IMG/VR virus record: IMGVR_UViG_3300007512_000009
Location: 32,001 to 96,000 of that record
DNA length: 64,000 bases
Source: a virus
Strand: one strand, 5' to 3'
How positions within the stretch are numbered: position 1 is the stretch's first letter; the number at the start of each line of letters is the position of its first letter. The notes below the pieces were generated by a model, which saw nothing but the letters and a program-made list of their open reading frames with translations, did not search any database and was not told the origin of the DNA. Of the stretch, positions 59,213 to 64,000 are shown piece after piece. A program made the translations under genes and the position numbers.

Positions 59213-59220
59213 TATACATA
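59213..59220 (+). promoter_or_regulatory. Variant late promoter TATACATA upstream of regA and the glyco cluster
   Basis: Same variant as found before gp22 and gp23. Confidence 0.4.
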
Positions 59221-59256
59221 AAGGTGTAAATAAGCCGTATATAATGGAGTTTAATA

Positions 59257-59664
59257 ATGGAAGATACAAAAGTCACAGTCGATGACTTAATTGAAATAAC
59301 ATTGGCAACCGACGAAGATTTTCTTAAGGTTAAAGAAACATTAACAAGGATTGGTGTTTCTTCAAGGAAAGAAAATAAACTTTACCAATCATGTCACATT
59401 CTTCATAAAAGAGGAAAATATTACATTGTTCATTTTAAAGAATTGTTTGGGTTGGATGGTTTACCGAGTGACATGTCTGACAACGATATCGCAAGAAGAA
59501 ATACTATTGTAAATCTTTTAGAAGAATGGGAACTGGTTAATATAGTACATAAAGATAAGACCAAAGAACCTATTGCATCAGTAGGTCAGATAAAAATCAT
59601 TTCCCATAGGGATAAATCAGACTGGGAACTAATACCTAAATACCATATAGGTACTAAAAAATAA
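59257..59664 (+). CDS. regA: Translational repressor RegA
   Basis: DFLKVKETLTRIGVSSRKE..LYQSCHILHKRG.YYIVHFKELF.LDG, W.L.PKY.IG. Confidence 0.97.
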   Translation: MEDTKVTVDDLIEITLATDEDFLKVKETLTRIGVSSRKENKLYQSCHILHKRGKYYIVHFKELFGLDGLPSDMSDNDIARRNTIVNLLEEWELVNIVHKDKTKEPIASVGQIKIISHRDKSDWELIPKYHIGTKK

Positions 59665-59680
59665 AAAAAAGGCTTTTGTT

Positions 59681-60337
59681 ATGAAAATTGATATTCGTGA
59701 TGTAAGATGTTGTTGGATTAATCTAGATAAAGACAAAAACAACGCTGATGCGATGGTTAAGCAGTTCGAGGATATCGGAATTGAAAACCATGAAAGGTTA
59801 TCTGCTAGAGTCATAGAACCACATGAAGGTGCTGACGTAACAATAAAACACTACAGAGGATGTGCACAGTCCCACATTGATATTTTAGATAATGAAGATA
59901 ATGAATTACCTCTTTTAATTCTAGAAGATGATGCTAAGATTACAGAGGATTTCAACCCAATATTAGAAATTCCAGATAATACAGATGCTGTTTATCTAGG
60001 AACATCCCATGGTGATGGACGTTATCTATCGGTAGATATTGGTGGTGGGTTTGCTAGGATTGGAAAAGTCTTTGCAACTCATGCTATTTTGTACCTAACG
60101 GATAGTTACAGAAAGGCTGTGTCTGAAACAGCAAAAGACATAGTATATAACCACAATACTCCTTTTGATTTGGGTTGTGCCGTTTTACAAACAAAAAATT
60201 TTGTTGTAACACCGCATAAACCTTACTTTTATCAAGCAGATGAAAGGGATAGTGCAAATAAATGGGAAAATCTAACAAAAACTCCCCTTACAATTTTTAA
60301 TCAACTAGGACAACGTATTGAAGACCCACTATTATAA
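59681..60337 (+). CDS. Glycosyltransferase, GT25-like
   Basis: WINLD, GCAQSH, LILEDDA, VYLG, ATHAILY. Confidence 0.75.
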   Translation: MKIDIRDVRCCWINLDKDKNNADAMVKQFEDIGIENHERLSARVIEPHEGADVTIKHYRGCAQSHIDILDNEDNELPLLILEDDAKITEDFNPILEIPDNTDAVYLGTSHGDGRYLSVDIGGGFARIGKVFATHAILYLTDSYRKAVSETAKDIVYNHNTPFDLGCAVLQTKNFVVTPHKPYFYQADERDSANKWENLTKTPLTIFNQLGQRIEDPLL

Positions 60338-60340
60338 ATT

Positions 60341-61615
60341 ATGACATATACTAACCCCAAAAATTTATTAAAATTCAACAGGTTTGATGTTGCAGCCAAG
60401 CATTTAATGTTAAAGCATGCACAAAGAGGTTATCAGACCACTTTTGGTCTGAATGTTTATTCAGAACACATTAAAGTGTGGAATGGTTTTAAAGAATATG
60501 ACAACCCAAAAAAGAATAGCCTAGAATCTTATATTAAAGAATTTTTTAAAATCAATGACTCTATAAGAAAAAACGGTTATAATCCTAAATTACCCCCAGT
60601 ACCAATTAATAAAGATGGTTATCTCTTAAACGGTGCACATAGATTAGCAAGTTGTATTCTTAATAATAAAAATATAAATTTTGAAGAAACCGATGACCCT
60701 AAAGCAGGACAGGAAGACTGTACATCTTATTTTTTTAGAAATCTTGGTTTGGATAATAAAATTTGCGATTCAATCGCTTTAGAATATGCTAAACTGAAAG
60801 AAAACTCATTTATTGTAACTTTATTCCCTGCTGCCACGGTTAAGGACAACATTGGTGATATTAGAAGAATAATAATGGAAAACGGAGATGTTGTTTATGA
60901 AAAAGGTGCAATACTTTGTAATCAAGGGCCTCTAAACTTAATTAGACAAATATATGACGGTGAATCTTGGGGTGGTGATTTTAACAATGGTTTTAGTGGA
61001 TTCCGTCTTAAGGAAAATTATTGTTTTTCCCCATCACCCAAAAGTCCAGTTTATGCTTTCCTAGCGGAGTTCGACTCAGTGGAAAAAGCACATGAGGTGA
61101 AAAGACTAATCAGAGATGTCTATGATATTAGCAATCACTCTGTTCACATTAACGACACTCACGAAGAAACGCTAAGACTAGCAAAGGTTTTCTTTAACAA
61201 CAATAGCCTCCACTATCTAAACAATGCGGTTATTCAAAATTATTCTAAATATAACCATCTTATAGGGGAGTTGAAAGATTGGATGGCTAAAAATAAATAT
61301 GATAGTGATGATGTTTGTGTAACTGCTAGTTCGGTTATGTCAGCGTTCGGTATGAGAGAGGGACAAGACCTAGACTATCTTTATGGTGGTAATGTTAAAC
61401 CAATACAAGGTAATCCTCTAATACACGAACATAACAAAGAGATTGATAACTATACCGTTGGTAAAGATGAAATCATGTATAATGATAACAACCATTTTTA
61501 TTTTAATGGTGTTAAGTTTGCAAGCATAGGTGTTATTCACGAATTAAAGAACAAGCGTTCAGAACCCAAAGATATTAGAGATATCGAATTAATGGAAGGT
61601 ATGTTAAAAGTATGA
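60341..61615 (+). CDS. ParB/Srx-like N-terminal domain plus C-terminal nucleotidyltransferase-like segment
   Basis: SIRKNGY..PVPI...LLNGAHRL; later VCVTASSVMSAFGMRE..DLDYL. Confidence 0.5.
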   Translation: MTYTNPKNLLKFNRFDVAAKHLMLKHAQRGYQTTFGLNVYSEHIKVWNGFKEYDNPKKNSLESYIKEFFKINDSIRKNGYNPKLPPVPINKDGYLLNGAHRLASCILNNKNINFEETDDPKAGQEDCTSYFFRNLGLDNKICDSIALEYAKLKENSFIVTLFPAATVKDNIGDIRRIIMENGDVVYEKGAILCNQGPLNLIRQIYDGESWGGDFNNGFSGFRLKENYCFSPSPKSPVYAFLAEFDSVEKAHEVKRLIRDVYDISNHSVHINDTHEETLRLAKVFFNNNSLHYLNNAVIQNYSKYNHLIGELKDWMAKNKYDSDDVCVTASSVMSAFGMREGQDLDYLYGGNVKPIQGNPLIHEHNKEIDNYTVGKDEIMYNDNNHFYFNGVKFASIGVIHELKNKRSEPKDIRDIELMEGMLKV

Positions 61616-62475
61616 AAATAGCAATTTGTTTACATGGACTGGCATCAGGATTTAATGATAAAGGTGTACCAGTTTCTTTTGAAGAAGGTATTGAAAGTTT
61701 AAAGCAGAACGTATTTGGTGACCATGATGTGGATATATTTTTTCACACTTGGAGCGAGGATTCAGAAAAAGATTTAATAGAAAAATATAATCCAAAAAGA
61801 CATCTAGTTGAAAAACAAATTATATTTGAACATCCATATGATGTAAGTTCTAGCCAGTATAGTTTTACACCTGATATTCAAACCAAACTTCAAAGCACAT
61901 ACAGTAGATGGTATTCCTTAGATAAGTGCATCAGTTTAAAGAAAGAAGAAGAAGATGCTAATGATTTCAAATACGACTTTGTATTAGCATTAAGATTTGA
62001 TATGGTTTTCTACGATTCTTTCATCAAATTTGAAAATCTAAACCCCAATGTATTCTACGTATCTAACTGGTGGCACAATAGGTTTAACTTTGGTTATAAT
62101 GACCCTTGGTTTATCACTGGTTCAGAAAACGCAGATAAAGTTGGTAACCTATATGATAATATCAATAGTTATCTAGCAGAAGATAGTGATTATGAAAAAT
62201 ACTTAATGTCCCTGAGGGAGATTTCTCCGAGAGAAGCACCCGAACGTGATAGCAAAATTTCAAACCACGGTCTTCTCAGATGGCATGTTAAGACTGATGA
62301 AATTGAATCGGGGTTTATAGGTCTTGAATATAATTCTTGGTCTTTGATTAGAAAAATACCTCATGGTAGAATAAATCCATACTTTCCTAGAGGATTCCCA
62401 TTTCCATTAGACCAACCTTTACCAGAAGATAGAGCGTGTACCCTAGCAGAAGGGCCTAGAGGTGCTGGCTGGTGA
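61612..62475 (+). CDS. Putative glycosyltransferase-like protein
   Basis: MKIAICL.G, VDIFFHTW, YNPK...E, YDFVLALRFD, ND.WF: pattern common in surface-glycan loci. Confidence 0.6.
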   Translation: MKIAICLHGLASGFNDKGVPVSFEEGIESLKQNVFGDHDVDIFFHTWSEDSEKDLIEKYNPKRHLVEKQIIFEHPYDVSSSQYSFTPDIQTKLQSTYSRWYSLDKCISLKKEEEDANDFKYDFVLALRFDMVFYDSFIKFENLNPNVFYVSNWWHNRFNFGYNDPWFITGSENADKVGNLYDNINSYLAEDSDYEKYLMSLREISPREAPERDSKISNHGLLRWHVKTDEIESGFIGLEYNSWSLIRKIPHGRINPYFPRGFPFPLDQPLPEDRACTLAEGPRGAGW

Positions 62476-63272
62476 GAATAATCATACCAACATGTGACCC
62501 ACACTTGTTCGTACTTAAAGGTTTCTCATATTTTTTTAACAAGTATTGGGGTGATGACTTCAACGTTACGATTCTGGGTTTTAGCGAACCAGACTTCGAA
62601 TTACCTGAGAATTTCGAATTCATATCAATGGCGGATGAACAAGTGGGTAAGGCTAAAGGATGGTCTAACTATGTGTTGGAATATGTTAATTCAATTGATG
62701 ATGAATACTTTATTTTCGGTATTGACGATTTTTGTCTAGCAAGACCTTTAGATAGAGAGTTGTATTATATTTTAGAAAGCATACCCAGTTGGAAAGGTGA
62801 TATGGGGGATAAAATTGGTAGAATAGATTTGCAACCATCTCTACAATATGCAAGGAATCCTAGAGATGTAACAACCTACAAGAAATTCGATGATTTTGAA
62901 ATTATAGAATTAGCACAGAGGTCTACACAAGAATTTATCTATAGAATAACTGGTCAATTTTCTATATGGAATAGAGAATACTTTTTAAAAAATCTTAAAC
63001 CAGACTGGAGTCCACATGATTGGGAACTAATAGGTGGTAAGATGGCAGAAGGTGACGGTTATAAGATTTTAGGTACTAGAGGAAGACACTGTGTGAAGAA
63101 AGTGGAATTAGTTAGTGAGAAACAATACCCAAATAAGATTAATGTGAAGGGTATGAGAAAGGAAGATATAGAAAAAGTCAAGGAAATCTACTCTGATAGA
63201 CCAGAAGAAATAGGTGAATTTAAGGAAGAGTGGCCCTTCGAAAATTGGATTGATATAGTCTATGGAAAATAA
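62472..63272 (+). CDS. Putative glycosyltransferase (GT-A-like, DD motif)
   Basis: YFIFGIDDF, Q..IWNR..L..L...WSP.DWE; GTG start overlaps previous stop. Confidence 0.55.
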   Translation: MRIIIPTCDPHLFVLKGFSYFFNKYWGDDFNVTILGFSEPDFELPENFEFISMADEQVGKAKGWSNYVLEYVNSIDDEYFIFGIDDFCLARPLDRELYYILESIPSWKGDMGDKIGRIDLQPSLQYARNPRDVTTYKKFDDFEIIELAQRSTQEFIYRITGQFSIWNREYFLKNLKPDWSPHDWELIGGKMAEGDGYKILGTRGRHCVKKVELVSEKQYPNKINVKGMRKEDIEKVKEIYSDRPEEIGEFKEEWPFENWIDIVYGK

Positions 63273-63276
63273 AATA

Positions 63277-64000
63277 ATGATTGATAAAAATAAGAGATAC
63301 TTAATTACTGGTGCAGCCGGATTTCTGGGTGTAGCATTGTTAGATAGACTGGAAAGTATGGGTGTTACAAATGTGGTCACTGTATCTAGAAATGAAGGTA
63401 AACTAGTTGAGATTGCTCAAAAATATCCATGGTTAGAAATAATTCCAGGCGACATCTCTAACATTCATTGCTTACATAAAGGGTTAAAGGATGTTGATGG
63501 TGTGTTCCACCTTGCGGCATTCAAACACGTTGGTTTAGCAGAAACTCACTGTAGGGAATGTATTGCAAGCAACACCATCGGTTCAATGAACCTGTTAGAC
63601 CTTACAAGGGGCATGGATTTAGATTTTATTATTGGTATTAGCACCGATAAGGCAGCCCAAGTTGTGGGTGTTTATGGTGCATCAAAACTCTTAATGGAGA
63701 GTTTATTCGGTGAATATGAACGAATCAATCCTAACACCAAGTACAGAATCGTACGGTATGGGAATGTGTTGTATTCAACAGGTTCTGTGTTATGCAAATG
63801 GAAAGACCTGCTATCAAATAATGAAGAGGTTATCGTGACAGATGCAGAAGCAACACGTTTCTTTTGGACTAGAGAACAAGCAATCGATTTGATTTTTTCC
63901 TGCTTAGAAAATGCGACTGATACAACACCATATTGTCCAGACATGAAATCAATGAAAATTAGTGATATGCTTAAAGCGATGGCTAACAACTATCTACCTG
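63277..64000 (+). CDS. CapD/PseB-family NAD-dependent UDP-sugar 4,6-dehydratase (truncated by window end)
   Basis: Manual translation: LITGAAGFLG, SRNE.K, VFHLAAFKHV, ISTDKA, YGASK, VRYGNV..STGSV, TRFF. Confidence 0.88.
   Translation, partial: MIDKNKRYLITGAAGFLGVALLDRLESMGVTNVVTVSRNEGKLVEIAQKYPWLEIIPGDISNIHCLHKGLKDVDGVFHLAAFKHVGLAETHCRECIASNTIGSMNLLDLTRGMDLDFIIGISTDKAAQVVGVYGASKLLMESLFGEYERINPNTKYRIVRYGNVLYSTGSVLCKWKDLLSNNEEVIVTDAEATRFFWTREQAIDLIFSCLENATDTTPYCPDMKSMKISDMLKAMANNYLP

Overview
A 64 kb segment of an AT-rich, T4-like myovirus genome read with the standard genetic code. It holds the end of gp33 and gp32, then a minus-strand block: tape-measure-like gene, gp51, gp26, gp54, gp2, gp4. 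A long plus-strand virion module follows: gp48, gp53, hub, gp5, fibre and beta-helix genes, PAAR, a holin-like GAF protein, gp25, gp6, gp7, gp8, a DUF4815/VrlC-like protein, gp13-gp23, a head spike-base homologue and gp3. Next come the recombination, transcription and replication genes (uvsY, uvsW, gp55, gp47, gp46, rnh, gp45, gp44, gp62, regA), interrupted by purB, a DNA methyltransferase, a DUF4406-like gene and groES. The window ends in a glycosyltransferase / nucleotide-sugar cluster. Main findings: (1) a G-x-[ST]-[GA] motif recurs in outward-facing virion proteins and co-occurs with a phage glycosylation cluster, a candidate virion glycosylation system; (2) a canonical -1 slippery site joins gp26 to gp51 just upstream of the tape-measure-like gene, as in lambda G/GT; (3) a modular prohead-core protein carries an embedded DUF192 domain; (4) an intact purB sits between gp47 and gp46; (5) GATC and AGCT appear strongly avoided. 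All family calls are from motif recognition by eye; no database search was run. No tRNA, CRISPR array, intron or intein was recognised.
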